From Patescibacteria group bacterium (GTDB taxonomy: Bacteria > Patescibacteriota > Minisyncoccia > Minisyncoccales > GWA2-38-27): a stretch of DNA of 64,000 nt. Below are positions 16,672 to 25,575 of the stretch, one piece after another. The translations under genes and the position numbers were made by a program. The notes under the pieces are model-generated. The model was not told the DNA's origin. It did not search any database and saw only the letters and a program-made list of their open reading frames with translations. How positions within the stretch are numbered: the first letter of the stretch is position 1; each line of letters begins with the position of its first letter. The stretch spans positions 21,229 to 85,228 of the forward strand of contig JAHCRG010000017.1 of the NCBI GenBank assembly GCA_020148045.1. The letters are read 5' to 3'.

Positions 16672-17736
16672 TTATTGTCTCAAAATTTTAGAATATGCTT
16701 TAATAAAACGCTCGGTGTCTTTAATAGCACCAATGCTAACTCTTATTGTGCCTTCAATATTTGGTCCTTTTCTTGGCCTAACAAGTATTCCTTCTGACTT
16801 CAAAATCTCAAGAGTTCTTTCCTGGTTATCTGGTTTAACAAGCAAGAAGTTAGCTGCGCTTGGCCAGAATTTTACATTGTTTTCTTGGAAGAATTTCTCA
16901 AGTTTTGGCTTGGATTTTTCCATAACCTCTCTGACATAGTTTCTCACATATTCTACATCCTCTAAGGCAGCTGAAATAGCAACTTTGGCAAACATATTTA
17001 CATCATAAGGACCCTTGATTTTTAATAATTCTTTAATATTTTTCTCCTGGCTCAAAACATAGCCGGGTCTAGTAGAAACCAAGCCAAAGGTTTTTGAGAA
17101 AGTTCTGCTTATAAAAAGGTTGTCATATTCGTCAATTAAATCCTTAACAGTAATATTTGAAAACTCAAAATAAGCTTCGTCGTGCAAAACTGCAACATCT
17201 TTTTCCCTTGCTTTCTCTAAAATCTTTAAAACATCCTCTTTGGAAATTGCTGTACCAGTAGGATTATTGGGGTTAATGAGAAAAAGTAGTTTGATATCTT
17301 CTTCAATTAAATCTAAAACCTCTTTAAGGGGGAATGATAAATCTTCTCGATAAGATGGTTTTAATATTTCTGCTCCCTGAACTCCAGCTGACTGATAGTG
17401 CATAGCAAAGCTCGGAGTCGGTATTATCACTTTATCACCGTCTTTAACAAAAGCTCTCATAATTACATCAATACCCTGATCAGAACCATTAGTAACCATT
17501 ACTTGAGAAGGTCTTACACCAGCATATTGAGCAATTCTTGAATCTAAATCTCCGTATTCAGGATAAACTTGAAGCCGGCCTGACTCTATAAATTCTTTTA
17601 ATGCTTTTTTAACCTTTGGGCTTGGCTCTATGGTCATTTCATTAAAGTCCAACAAAAGATAACCACCTGTGGCTCTCCCTTCTAGGGGTGGTTTATAAGG
17701 ACTCATCTTTTTAATATTTTCCCTAAATTTCGCCAT
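16672..17736 (-). CDS. hisC: Histidinol-phosphate aminotransferase
   Basis: 354 aa with a class II aminotransferase pattern: NPNNPTG, the HDEAY context and SRTFSKTFGL (PLP lysine). Confidence 0.85.
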   Translation of the reverse strand: MAKFRENIKKMSPYKPPLEGRATGGYLLLDFNEMTIEPSPKVKKALKEFIESGRLQVYPEYGDLDSRIAQYAGVRPSQVMVTNGSDQGIDVIMRAFVKDGDKVIIPTPSFAMHYQSAGVQGAEILKPSYREDLSFPLKEVLDLIEEDIKLLFLINPNNPTGTAISKEDVLKILEKAREKDVAVLHDEAYFEFSNITVKDLIDEYDNLFISRTFSKTFGLVSTRPGYVLSQEKNIKELLKIKGPYDVNMFAKVAISAALEDVEYVRNYVREVMEKSKPKLEKFFQENNVKFWPSAANFLLVKPDNQERTLEILKSEGILVRPRKGPNIEGTIRVSIGAIKDTERFIKAYSKILRQ

Positions 17737-17738
17737 AC

Positions 17739-18329
17739 TTAAATTAAGCCCTTGGTGCTAGGAAGCTCTTCTAAAATTCTCTTGTCTTGAGAACAAGCTA
17801 CTTTCATTGCTTTGCCAAAGGCCTTGAAAACTGACTCTGCTTTGTGATGGTCATCTTCTCCATATAAGGCCTTGATGTGCAAAGTAGCTTCTAGATGCCG
17901 AACAAAACCCCAAAAGAACTCTTTGATTAAACCAGATTCCAAATCTCCAATTTTTGGATTCTTAAATTTACAATCAAAATTTAAAAAAGCCCTGCCAGAA
18001 ATATCTAAAGATATTACTGAAAGGGCTTCGTCTAATGGAAAAACAAAATAACCTGCTCGGTTAATTCCTTTTTTATCTCCAAGAGCTTTTTTAAATGCCT
18101 CTCCCAAACAAATACCTATATCTTCAACAGTATGATGCTGGTCAATATCAATATCTCCTTTAGCTCCGATTTTTAAATCAAACAAGCCATGCTTGGCAAA
18201 ATTATCTAAAAGATGATTCAAAAAGGGAATAGGGGTTGAAATATCTACTTTCCCCTTTCCATTAATATCAAGCTCTATTTCAATATCTGTTTCTTTAGTT
18301 TTCCTCTGAAAAGAAGTTTTCCTTCCCAT
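17739..18329 (-). CDS. hisB: Imidazoleglycerol-phosphate dehydratase
   Basis: 196 aa with RKTKETDIEIELDI, DQHHTVEDIGI and GEDDHHKAES. Confidence 0.9.
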   Translation of the reverse strand: MGRKTSFQRKTKETDIEIELDINGKGKVDISTPIPFLNHLLDNFAKHGLFDLKIGAKGDIDIDQHHTVEDIGICLGEAFKKALGDKKGINRAGYFVFPLDEALSVISLDISGRAFLNFDCKFKNPKIGDLESGLIKEFFWGFVRHLEATLHIKALYGEDDHHKAESVFKAFGKAMKVACSQDKRILEELPSTKGLI

Positions 18330-18350
18330 ATAAATATTGTAATCTTCTAA

Positions 18351-18390
18351 TAAAAAAAGTAAAGCGCCTGATTAAATCACCAAGCGCTTT
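18351..18390 (-). terminator. Intrinsic terminator 22 nt upstream of the hisB start
   Basis: The reverse strand reads AAAGCGC...(inner TGAT-TTA-ATCA)...GCGCTTT followed by ACTTTTTTT. Confidence 0.6.
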
Positions 18391-18413
18391 CAATGTTTTT
18401 GAGAAAAGCCCTC

Positions 18414-18689
18414 TTATCCTTCCTCGAAAACTCTCACAAATACTAACTCGGAATCTGGCCATATCTCCTTGGGAGCCCTTAACCAAAACATGGTATGCTT
18501 GCCGCAAGTGCACTTTTTCTCCCCGTACGGAGGAGATAGCGGAGGATTAGGGGGTCTCAATGACTCGCCACCAAAACAACTAGGCCACTTTCCTCGCTCA
18601 CTCTTGCTCTCAGTGATTGCAAGACCTAGATCCTCTTCTATAGTGTTAACTTCTGTTTTTCCGTCATAAATCATTTTTCCTTTTGGCAT
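18414..18689 (-). CDS. Hypothetical 91-aa ORF inside a GC-rich intergenic element (coding status uncertain)
   Basis: A strong SD (AAAAGGAG, 8 nt) precedes the ATG, and the first ~30 codons look like normal AT-rich coding sequence. However, the GC-rich middle is open in several frames on both strands, which is typical of structured RNA in an AT-rich genome. Confidence 0.35.
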   Translation of the reverse strand: MPKGKMIYDGKTEVNTIEEDLGLAITESKSERGKWPSCFGGESLRPPNPPLSPPYGEKKCTCGKHTMFWLRAPKEIWPDSELVFVRVFEEG

Positions 18690-18710
18690 CGTTCTTTCTC
18701 CTTTTTTTTC

Positions 18711-18750
18711 TGATTGTTTCTTTTAAACTCTTGATTGTTTCTTTTAAAAA
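18711..18750 (-). repeat. Tandem direct repeat (period 21 nt) between the promoter and the small ORF
   Basis: On the plus strand, tgattgtttcttttaaa occurs at 18711-18727 and again at 18732-18748. The reverse strand reads TTTAAAAGAAACAATCA twice. Confidence 0.7.
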
Positions 18751-18772
18751 CCGGGTAAAATGTACTGATGTA

Positions 18773-18801
18773 AGTATAAATAAACCCAAGCAAAATGTCA
18801 A
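18773..18801 (-). promoter_or_regulatory. Near-consensus sigma70 promoter (TTGACA-17-TATACT)
   Basis: The -35 box is at 18801-18796 and the -10 box at 18778-18773 on the reverse strand. Confidence 0.6.
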
Positions 18802-18806
18802 GGTAA

Positions 18807-18833
18807 AGAGGCCATCGATTATCAATGGCCTCT
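18807..18833 (-). other. 9-bp perfect hairpin abutting the -35 box (hisD terminator or operator)
   Basis: AGAGGCCAT-(9-nt loop)-ATGGCCTCT. Only a weak U-tract follows on the reverse strand. Confidence 0.5.
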
Positions 18834-18943
18834 TTAAGATTTAATTTACTTTTTCTCAATTATATCACGCAGAAACCCAATTCCTTGAACTCTCTTGTTG
18901 ACATATCCCTTAAAATAATTTCTCTCTTCTCGGAGTTAAAGAG

Positions 18944-20131
18944 CTAAAAATTATTTAATCTTATCTCAGCGGATTTTTTGTGAGCGTCTAGTCCTTCAAT
19001 TGAAGCAAATTTTGTGGCGATTTTAGCCAGATTTTTGGCGCCTTTTTTATTTATATTTTGATAGGTTGGAATTTTAATAAAGTCTTTTACTGACAATCCT
19101 CCAGTATATCTTGTAGTCTTGTTAGTGGGAAGAACATGATTTGTCCCAGAACAATAATCGCCGAAAACTACTCCGGAATATTCGCCGAGAAAAAGAGAAC
19201 CATAATTTTTTAATTGACTAAGATATTTCTTTGGATTTTTAACTTGGAGTGACAAATGTTCTGGAGCAATTTCATTGGCCATTTTGATAGCTTCTTTTAA
19301 GTCTTTAACTAGAATTTCTTTTTTCTTTTTGAAAGCTTCTTTAATAATGTTTTTTGTGGCTATCTTTTTAATTTGCGTTTTTAGTTCCTTGTTCACTTCT
19401 TTAATCAAATCTTTCGAATTAGTAACAAAAGTTATTTTTGTCTCTACATCATGTTCTGCCTGAGCTAATAAATCTGCAGCAATAAATTCAGGGTTGGCAT
19501 ACTTATCAGCAACAATTAGAATTTCGCTGGGCCCAGCTAAAAGATCAATCCCGCATTCTCCAAAAACTTCTTTTTTTGCCTGGGTTACATAAATATTCCC
19601 GGGCCCTACAATTTTATCTACTTTTGGGATGGTTTCTGTTCCATAAGCCATGGCAGCTATTGCCTGAGCTCCCCCAATATTGAAAATTAAATCAGCCCCA
19701 CTTAAATCAGCAGCTACAATAGTAATTGGTTTTATTTTAGGAGAGCAAACAATAATTTCTTTTACACCAGCAACTTTAGCTGGAATTCCACACATTAAGG
19801 CAGTGGAAGGTAGGGGGTATCTGCCTCCTGGGACATAAACCCCTATCCTCTCAATTGGAATTATTTTCTGGCCAACTGTTAGGCCATTTTTCGTGTATTC
19901 AAAATCTTTGAAATTCTTTAGTTGGCTCCTGGCAAATCTTCTAATATTGGCAGCTGCCCTTCTCATCGTTTCTATAGTTTCTCTCTCCACTTTCTGGTAG
20001 GCCTTCTTTATCTCTCTTTTATTTACTTTAAAATCCTTTAATTTAACCTTATCAAAAAGCGTTGTATATTTCCTAACAGCTTTGTCTCCGTCTTTCTTTA
20101 CATCTTCAATTATTTTTTTAACCGTTTCCAT
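18944..20131 (-). CDS. hisD: Histidinol dehydrogenase
   Basis: 395 aa with GVYVPGGRYPLPST, QAEHD and DYCSGTNHVLPT. Confidence 0.9.
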   Translation of the reverse strand: METVKKIIEDVKKDGDKAVRKYTTLFDKVKLKDFKVNKREIKKAYQKVERETIETMRRAAANIRRFARSQLKNFKDFEYTKNGLTVGQKIIPIERIGVYVPGGRYPLPSTALMCGIPAKVAGVKEIIVCSPKIKPITIVAADLSGADLIFNIGGAQAIAAMAYGTETIPKVDKIVGPGNIYVTQAKKEVFGECGIDLLAGPSEILIVADKYANPEFIAADLLAQAEHDVETKITFVTNSKDLIKEVNKELKTQIKKIATKNIIKEAFKKKKEILVKDLKEAIKMANEIAPEHLSLQVKNPKKYLSQLKNYGSLFLGEYSGVVFGDYCSGTNHVLPTNKTTRYTGGLSVKDFIKIPTYQNINKKGAKNLAKIATKFASIEGLDAHKKSAEIRLNNF

Positions 20132-20173
20132 CTCTATTTTATTTTGGCAAGTTAAATAAGAAAAGTCAATTTC

Positions 20174-20203
20174 AAAAAAAAGAGCAGTTAAAAATTACTG
20201 CTC
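20174..20203 (-). terminator. Intrinsic terminator after the GNAT gene
   Basis: The reverse strand reads GAGCAGT-AATTTTTA-ACTGCTC followed by T8. Confidence 0.65.
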
Positions 20204-20217
20204 CTAAAATATGTCTT

Positions 20218-20748
20218 TTATTTTCTTAATTCGAGAACCCAATAAGTTCGTCCTAATTCTTTTGGGGGTCGAACTATACCAGTGTTCTGAAAACCGATTT
20301 TGGAGAACATTGATATAATGGGCTTGGCCTTAGGATTAGTAGAAAGAACCACAACATCTGCTCCTTTTTCCTTCTCTCTTCTCAAAAGCTCCCGAGTTAA
20401 CTTCTCTCCGATACCTTGCCTCCGTAATTCTTTTTTTATGCCCACCTCTTGAAAATAAAACACATTTTTTTGTCCCTCAAATAAAAATTTCAATCTCGGA
20501 GAAAAACGACTACCCTCTTTCAGATCCGTTTCAAGAAGTTGATACATCCAGGCAAAACCGACCACCTCATTGCCTTCAAGAGCAGCTAAAGCCATAGCCT
20601 TAGGTCTTTTAAACTGCTCCTGCATGATCTTTAATGCCTGAGAAGGTCTAAACTTTTCCTTCCATGGTTCTTCCTGAAAAATCTTACAATAAAGTTCTGC
20701 CGCTCTTTCCATTAACAGAGCATTACCAATCATATCCATTAACAACAT
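20218..20748 (-). CDS. GNAT-family N-acetyltransferase
   Basis: 176 aa with the acetyl-CoA motif RRQGIGEKLTRELL. Confidence 0.8.
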   Translation of the reverse strand: MLLMDMIGNALLMERAAELYCKIFQEEPWKEKFRPSQALKIMQEQFKRPKAMALAALEGNEVVGFAWMYQLLETDLKEGSRFSPRLKFLFEGQKNVFYFQEVGIKKELRRQGIGEKLTRELLRREKEKGADVVVLSTNPKAKPIISMFSKIGFQNTGIVRPPKELGRTYWVLELRK

Positions 20749-20778
20749 TTTTGCCTCCCGAATTTCCTTATCAAAAAG

Positions 20779-21924
20779 TTAAAGAACAGAACAATATTTC
20801 CTAATTAAATTTTGGCAAACTTTTTTGACTTTGTCAAGGGATTTTATATCAACCCATTCATCTGGCTGATGTCTATTGCCTCCTTTTGGGCCAAATGAAA
20901 AAGATGGCACTTTTAGTTTTTCATTTATCATTTGAATATCCTGATAGCCCAACTCTTGAAGATTAAGATAAGCTACTTTACCAATAGCATCTTCTATAAC
21001 TTTTTTAACTAATTTTAGTTCCTTTGAATTTGTATAAAATGCGCTTAAGTCGTGATAGACGGTAAAGTTTCTTAATTTAAATTTGTTTTTTGATAAAAAT
21101 TTATTTAAAGTTTTTTGGATAATATCAGATTCCAAGCCAGGATGGCCGCAACGGATGTCAAGCGTTGCTTTAGAAATATCTGCAACAGCATCTCCTCTCT
21201 GGCTCACAATTTGTCTTCCATATTTATCTCTTCCCAAGCTTACCCCCCCTGAAATTGCTGACAAATTGCAAATTGAGGGACCTAAATTTTTGGTTCTATA
21301 TTTTTTTAATGTTTTTTCTAAGTATTTAACAGCTTCGACCAAACCTGTAATTACATTTTTCCCCTGGTCTGGCCTTGAAGCAGGAGCAGTTTTACCCTCA
21401 ACCCGAAAAGAAACTTTTATTATACCCCTTGCTCCGTTCCAAATTTTAAGATTCGTCGGTTCAGCACTAACAGCTAACTGAGGAGAAATCTGATATTCTT
21501 TAATAAATTTCTTCATTCCTTTAAAATCGTATTCTTCGTCGCAGTAAAAAAGCAACATTAAGCCCTTTGTTTTTTCAAAACTCTTCAAGGCAGATAATAT
21601 CGCAGCCATCCCTCCTTTCATATCCATACTGCCCAAACCATATAACTTATTTCCTTTAACAGTCCCCTTAAAAGGACTATGTTTTTGCCATCCCCTCGGC
21701 TCAACCGTGTCCATGTGAGCAATGAGTAAAAGTTTCGGTTTTGAGCCGTCCTTAGCAATAATATTAAATCTCTCGCCCTCAACTTTTTGTTTTCTAATCT
21801 TAGTTAGAAAGGGAATTCGTTTTAGGTACCTGAAAATAAAATTGCCAATTTCTTTTTCATTGATTTTCTTGTCTATGTGACTTGGGATAGAAATTAATTT
21901 TTTCGTCAGTTGAAAGGTGTTCAT
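20779..21924 (-). CDS. M20-family metallohydrolase (ArgE/DapE/acetylornithine deacetylase-like)
   Basis: 381 aa with LLIAHMDTVEP, GLGSMDMKGG and the CDEE context. Confidence 0.8.
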   Translation of the reverse strand: MNTFQLTKKLISIPSHIDKKINEKEIGNFIFRYLKRIPFLTKIRKQKVEGERFNIIAKDGSKPKLLLIAHMDTVEPRGWQKHSPFKGTVKGNKLYGLGSMDMKGGMAAILSALKSFEKTKGLMLLFYCDEEYDFKGMKKFIKEYQISPQLAVSAEPTNLKIWNGARGIIKVSFRVEGKTAPASRPDQGKNVITGLVEAVKYLEKTLKKYRTKNLGPSICNLSAISGGVSLGRDKYGRQIVSQRGDAVADISKATLDIRCGHPGLESDIIQKTLNKFLSKNKFKLRNFTVYHDLSAFYTNSKELKLVKKVIEDAIGKVAYLNLQELGYQDIQMINEKLKVPSFSFGPKGGNRHQPDEWVDIKSLDKVKKVCQNLIRKYCSVL

Positions 21925-21981
21925 AATATAATTCTATCATTTTTTTTTGATTTTGTAAAATTTTTAAGTTAGAATACGAAT

Positions 21982-22848
21982 ATGAAAAATTTTATAATTA
22001 TTCCAACTTCAACAGCTGAACATTTAGCAAAAGGAATCAAATCAAAAGGGAAGAGCTTGGAAGTTATTCTTCCTGAGAAAAACAGAGAGGGAAAGAGATA
22101 TTTTCCTGACGGCGAGGTTTATATGAAAATCTCTAAAGCAGATAAATTAAAAGGTGAAAGAGTTGTTGTTTTGCATTCTGGCGCCCCTATGCCAAATAAA
22201 GGATTAATAGAATTAGAATTAATCTTGGAGATTCTAAAGGATAATAAGGTAAAACCAGAAGTATTTTTTACCTATTTTCCTTACAGCCAGCAAGATAAAG
22301 TTTTTGAAAAAGGAGAGACAAATGTGGCTGAAAATTTACTTAAGAAATTAGTGAGTTATTACAAAGTTAAGAAAATTTATATCATTGACCCTCATTTTGG
22401 AGGAAGGAACTGGGTTAAAAAATATCCAATAATTGGGGTGTCGGCAGTTCCTTATTTGATTAAAAAAGCCCGGCGGGATTTTGATGAAAACATTTTATTT
22501 CTATCACCAGACAAAGGAGGAGAGAGGAGAACTGGATTTTCCGGAATTAAAAAGAAGAGACTAACTTCTTTTAAGGTGAGAACATTATCTCCAAAACTTA
22601 ACTTTAAGGGAAAAATAGTAGGAGTAGTTGACGATATAATTGAAACCGGCGGAACCCTTTTGAAATTTTATGATTTTTCTAAAAAAGCTGGTGCTAAAAA
22701 GATTATTGTTCTAATCACCCAGGGCATCCTTCCTGCTGGTATTTCTAAGATAAAAAAGAAATACTCTAAACTCTATTTAACTAACGCCGTAAAACAAAAG
22801 GAAGCAAATATAGACATAACTGACTTGATTTTAAAAACTCTCTCTTAG
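21982..22848 (+). CDS. prs: Ribose-phosphate pyrophosphokinase-like (PRPP synthetase family)
   Basis: 288 aa with an N-terminal Prs-like half (FPDGEVYMKI) and the PRPP-binding loop VGVVDDIIETGGTL. Confidence 0.7.
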   Translation: MKNFIIIPTSTAEHLAKGIKSKGKSLEVILPEKNREGKRYFPDGEVYMKISKADKLKGERVVVLHSGAPMPNKGLIELELILEILKDNKVKPEVFFTYFPYSQQDKVFEKGETNVAENLLKKLVSYYKVKKIYIIDPHFGGRNWVKKYPIIGVSAVPYLIKKARRDFDENILFLSPDKGGERRTGFSGIKKKRLTSFKVRTLSPKLNFKGKIVGVVDDIIETGGTLLKFYDFSKKAGAKKIIVLITQGILPAGISKIKKKYSKLYLTNAVKQKEANIDITDLILKTLS

Positions 22849-22867
22849 TGCCTGCGCACCGAAGGTG

Positions 22868-22938
22868 TGGACCTGGTGGGAATCGAACTCACATCAGAGC
22901 AATGCGAATGCCCCGTTTTACCATTAAACTACAGGCCC
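22868..22938 (-). tRNA. tRNA-Ala (anticodon CGC)
   Basis: The acceptor pairs GGGCCTG with CAGGTCC and carries the G3:U70 Ala identity pair. The anticodon loop is TTCGCAT and the T-loop TTCGATT. One A-C mismatch sits in the T-stem. No CCA is encoded. The 5' end overlaps the stop region of the upstream M23 gene by 10 nt. Confidence 0.8.
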
Positions 22939-23963
22939 ATCTCCTCCTCTATTGTTTTAATAAACCGCAATGGGTCCACACTGGAACCATTGGCTTTGAT
23001 TGAGAAATGTAAATGAGGAGCTATCGAATAACCAGTGTTCCCTGAAAGTCCTATGACATCACCTTGTCTAACTTGCTCTCCATCCAAAACTTTAAACTTA
23101 TTTAAATGTAAATAAAGAGAGTAAATTCCAAGACCGTGGTCAATTATTAATGTTTTCCCATAATTGATTAAACCCTCGGAAAAACGAACTATTCCATCAT
23201 TGACAGCATAAACTGGAGTATCCATGGCTGCATCAAGGTCTACCCCTAAATGCTGAAGCGCCACCTCCCCGCTTTTCCTAATACTTCCATACTTTCCTAC
23301 CACTTTAATTTTTTTAAGCGGGTAGATAAAGGGCTGGTTAAAATAAGCTGTTGGGGTGAAAATTTGAAGAACCTCATATAAACTGGGGTTATCTTTTTTA
23401 GCTATATTCTCTGAAATCTTTGGTGGAGTATATCCTTTTTTTTCAAGTTCTTCAGTAACTAAAAGCTTGGTAACCGGAAAATCTCTTTTAATAATGTTTA
23501 ATTCTTTCCCAAATTTATTATTGGAAAAATTAATATTTAGGTTATACTTCCCTGGCTCTTTTTTAACGCTGATTCCTACAATGGCAATCCAGTCCCCGGT
23601 TGCTGACTTAAAAAAATCAATTTTCTCTGGCCCAAATTCTCCGCTAATCTTATCTATCCCTGCTTTGTCCTTAACTCCAATCAAAAGGGTGTCTCCTTGC
23701 TCTAATCTATCAGAGGAAAGATAAACCCGGGGCAATAGTATCTCCTCTGATTCTTCCTCTTCTTCAGCTTTCTCCGCCGGAGCAGTTTCTTCTTTCTCAA
23801 CAACTTTCTCTTCTTCTGGAACTGCTTCTTTGTCAGGAATAATCTCTTCTGAAATACTTCCTACCGAAGCTAACCAATACTGATAACCTCTAAAGGCAAA
23901 AATGCCTAATCCTATAAGAATCAATAAAATTATGAGAATTTGAACTTTCCCTTTTGATTTCAT
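22929..23963 (-). CDS. Secreted/anchored M23 (LytM-type) peptidase
   Basis: The track start at 23975 is a TTG, and I prefer the ATG at 23963 (MKSKGKVQILIILL...). It has an E-rich linker and the M23 motifs HLGVDLDA and GNTGYSIAPHLHFSI. Confidence 0.85.
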   Translation of the reverse strand: MKSKGKVQILIILLILIGLGIFAFRGYQYWLASVGSISEEIIPDKEAVPEEEKVVEKEETAPAEKAEEEEESEEILLPRVYLSSDRLEQGDTLLIGVKDKAGIDKISGEFGPEKIDFFKSATGDWIAIVGISVKKEPGKYNLNINFSNNKFGKELNIIKRDFPVTKLLVTEELEKKGYTPPKISENIAKKDNPSLYEVLQIFTPTAYFNQPFIYPLKKIKVVGKYGSIRKSGEVALQHLGVDLDAAMDTPVYAVNDGIVRFSEGLINYGKTLIIDHGLGIYSLYLHLNKFKVLDGEQVRQGDVIGLSGNTGYSIAPHLHFSIKANGSSVDPLRFIKTIEEEMGL

Positions 23964-23985
23964 AATATTTCTCAAGTTTTCATTG

Positions 23986-24056
23986 TCGGGGTGCCGAGAT
24001 TCGAACTCGGGCTAAATCCTCCCGAAGGACTCGTGCTACCATTACACTACACCCCG
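23986..24056 (-). tRNA. tRNA-Pro (anticodon CGG)
   Basis: The acceptor pairs CGGGGTG with CACCCCG. The anticodon stem is AGTCC/GGATT with loop TTCGGGA, and the T-loop is TTCGAAT. The discriminator is A and no CCA is encoded. The 5' end abuts the cca stop codon at 24057. Confidence 0.85.
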
Positions 24057-25514
24057 TTAAGTAACCCAGTATTTTCTTTTCGTCATTTGATCTTGCTTCA
24101 TCTCAATTTCTTCCCTTTCTTTTCTTGCCTTTTGGGCTTTTTCTTTTAATTTCTCATCTGATAATTTTCCTAATTTTTTAACTTCTTTTTCCAAGAAATC
24201 TTTTTTGTTTTTCTTTGGGTCAGCTAAAACATAACCGAGCAAAACATCTAAAACCCACCCTATTTGGGGCCCTGCTGAAATATTCAAAATCTTCATCACA
24301 CTATTACCATTTACTTTCAGCATTTTCACTGAAATCGGGTCTTGGGAAACCCTTTCAATAATATATCTAAGGTGACGCAGTTTATATGGCTCTGCTTTAG
24401 GGCAGCCAGAACCAATTCTATCTGCCATTCTCACCTCCAAAAGTTCATCCATATTCTCTATCCCAACCTGACGGACCAATCTCCTCACAGAGGTCTCTGA
24501 AACTTCGCCAACATTATAATAGAATAGATGGTACCTAACAAGTTTAACAATCTTTTCAATATCTTTTTTGGAAAACCGCAAGCGGTTCAATATCTGAGCT
24601 GTCATTTTAGCTCCAACTACTTCGTGGCCATAAAAAGTAGCATCAGGACCTTCTCCTCTTTTAGCCCTGGGCTTACCAATATCATGAAACAGGGCAGCTA
24701 ATCTTACATGCTTGTTAAAGTTTCTCTTGGCAGCATATTTTAAAGAAAGTATAGCATGCTCATAACACTCGTAAATATGATGCTTATTCTGGCTTATTTC
24801 GTAACCTTCCTCAAGTTCAGGAATTATATACTTTAAAAGCCCCAACTCTCTCAAAAACTCTATTCCATCTGCTGCCTTTTCTGCCATAATAATCTTTAAA
24901 AGTTCATCTCTTATTCTTTCTTTGGAAATTGCCTGAAGCCAAGGCACATTTTTCTTAACTGCTTGGGCAGTTTTTTTTTCAATCTCAAAATCCAAAACAG
25001 TAGCAAATCTAACTGCTCTAAGCATTCTTAAAGCATCCTCTGAAAAACGGTCTTCGGCTTTCCCAACCACCCTAATAATTTTATTTTTCAAATCTTTTTG
25101 GCCTTCAAAGGGATCAACAATCTTTAATTCAGAACCTTCTAAACCAGCTGCTAATGCATTTATAGTGAAATCTCTCCGAGCCAAATCTTCCTCAATGGTT
25201 TCTGCCCATTCAACTTTGTCAGGATGCCTTTTGTCAGTATATTTTTCTTCAGTCCTAAAAGGAGTAATCTCAACTTCTTTTAATTTTGGGTCTTTTGAGT
25301 CAGTTAAAACAGTTACTGTTCCAAATTTATTATCAGCAAAACATTTAGGGAAAATCTTCTCAATTTCTGCTGGCTTGGCATTTGTAGCAACATCCCAATC
25401 CTGTGGTTCAACTTTCCTTAACAAATCACGAACGCAACCACCAACCAAATATGCCTCATAATTTTTCTTTTTTAATTCATCAACAACAAATTTTACTTCT
25501 TTTGGTATTTTCAT
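24057..25514 (-). CDS. cca: tRNA nucleotidyltransferase (CCA-adding enzyme) with HD domain
   Basis: 485 aa with the PolyA-pol head LVGGCVRDLL...DWDVAT, RDFTINA, and HD (LAALFHDIGKP). Confidence 0.85.
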   Translation of the reverse strand: MKIPKEVKFVVDELKKKNYEAYLVGGCVRDLLRKVEPQDWDVATNAKPAEIEKIFPKCFADNKFGTVTVLTDSKDPKLKEVEITPFRTEEKYTDKRHPDKVEWAETIEEDLARRDFTINALAAGLEGSELKIVDPFEGQKDLKNKIIRVVGKAEDRFSEDALRMLRAVRFATVLDFEIEKKTAQAVKKNVPWLQAISKERIRDELLKIIMAEKAADGIEFLRELGLLKYIIPELEEGYEISQNKHHIYECYEHAILSLKYAAKRNFNKHVRLAALFHDIGKPRAKRGEGPDATFYGHEVVGAKMTAQILNRLRFSKKDIEKIVKLVRYHLFYYNVGEVSETSVRRLVRQVGIENMDELLEVRMADRIGSGCPKAEPYKLRHLRYIIERVSQDPISVKMLKVNGNSVMKILNISAGPQIGWVLDVLLGYVLADPKKNKKDFLEKEVKKLGKLSDEKLKEKAQKARKEREEIEMKQDQMTKRKYWVT

Positions 25515-25575
25515 TATACTTTAATCTTATCTCAAAAATTGATTTTTTTCAACTTTTCTGGTAGAATTACGATAC

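Noticed and set aside
18361-18766. Possible RNase P RNA. The ~400-nt promoter-to-terminator unit contains GAGCGAGGAAAGTGGCC, which resembles the CR-I motif GAGGAAAGUCC.
   Set aside because: The motif sits about 175 nt from the predicted 5' end, too far in. I could not find convincing CR-IV/CR-V (ACAGAA..GGCUUA) or P4 pairing partners. The region after the motif is far too short for a bacterial RNase P RNA. It needs cmsearch to settle and is kept only as an unclassified element.
18671-18859. A 62-aa minus-strand ORF containing FKRNNQ twice.
   Set aside because: It spans the predicted promoter, hairpin and 21-nt direct repeats. The peptide repeat is just the DNA repeat translated.
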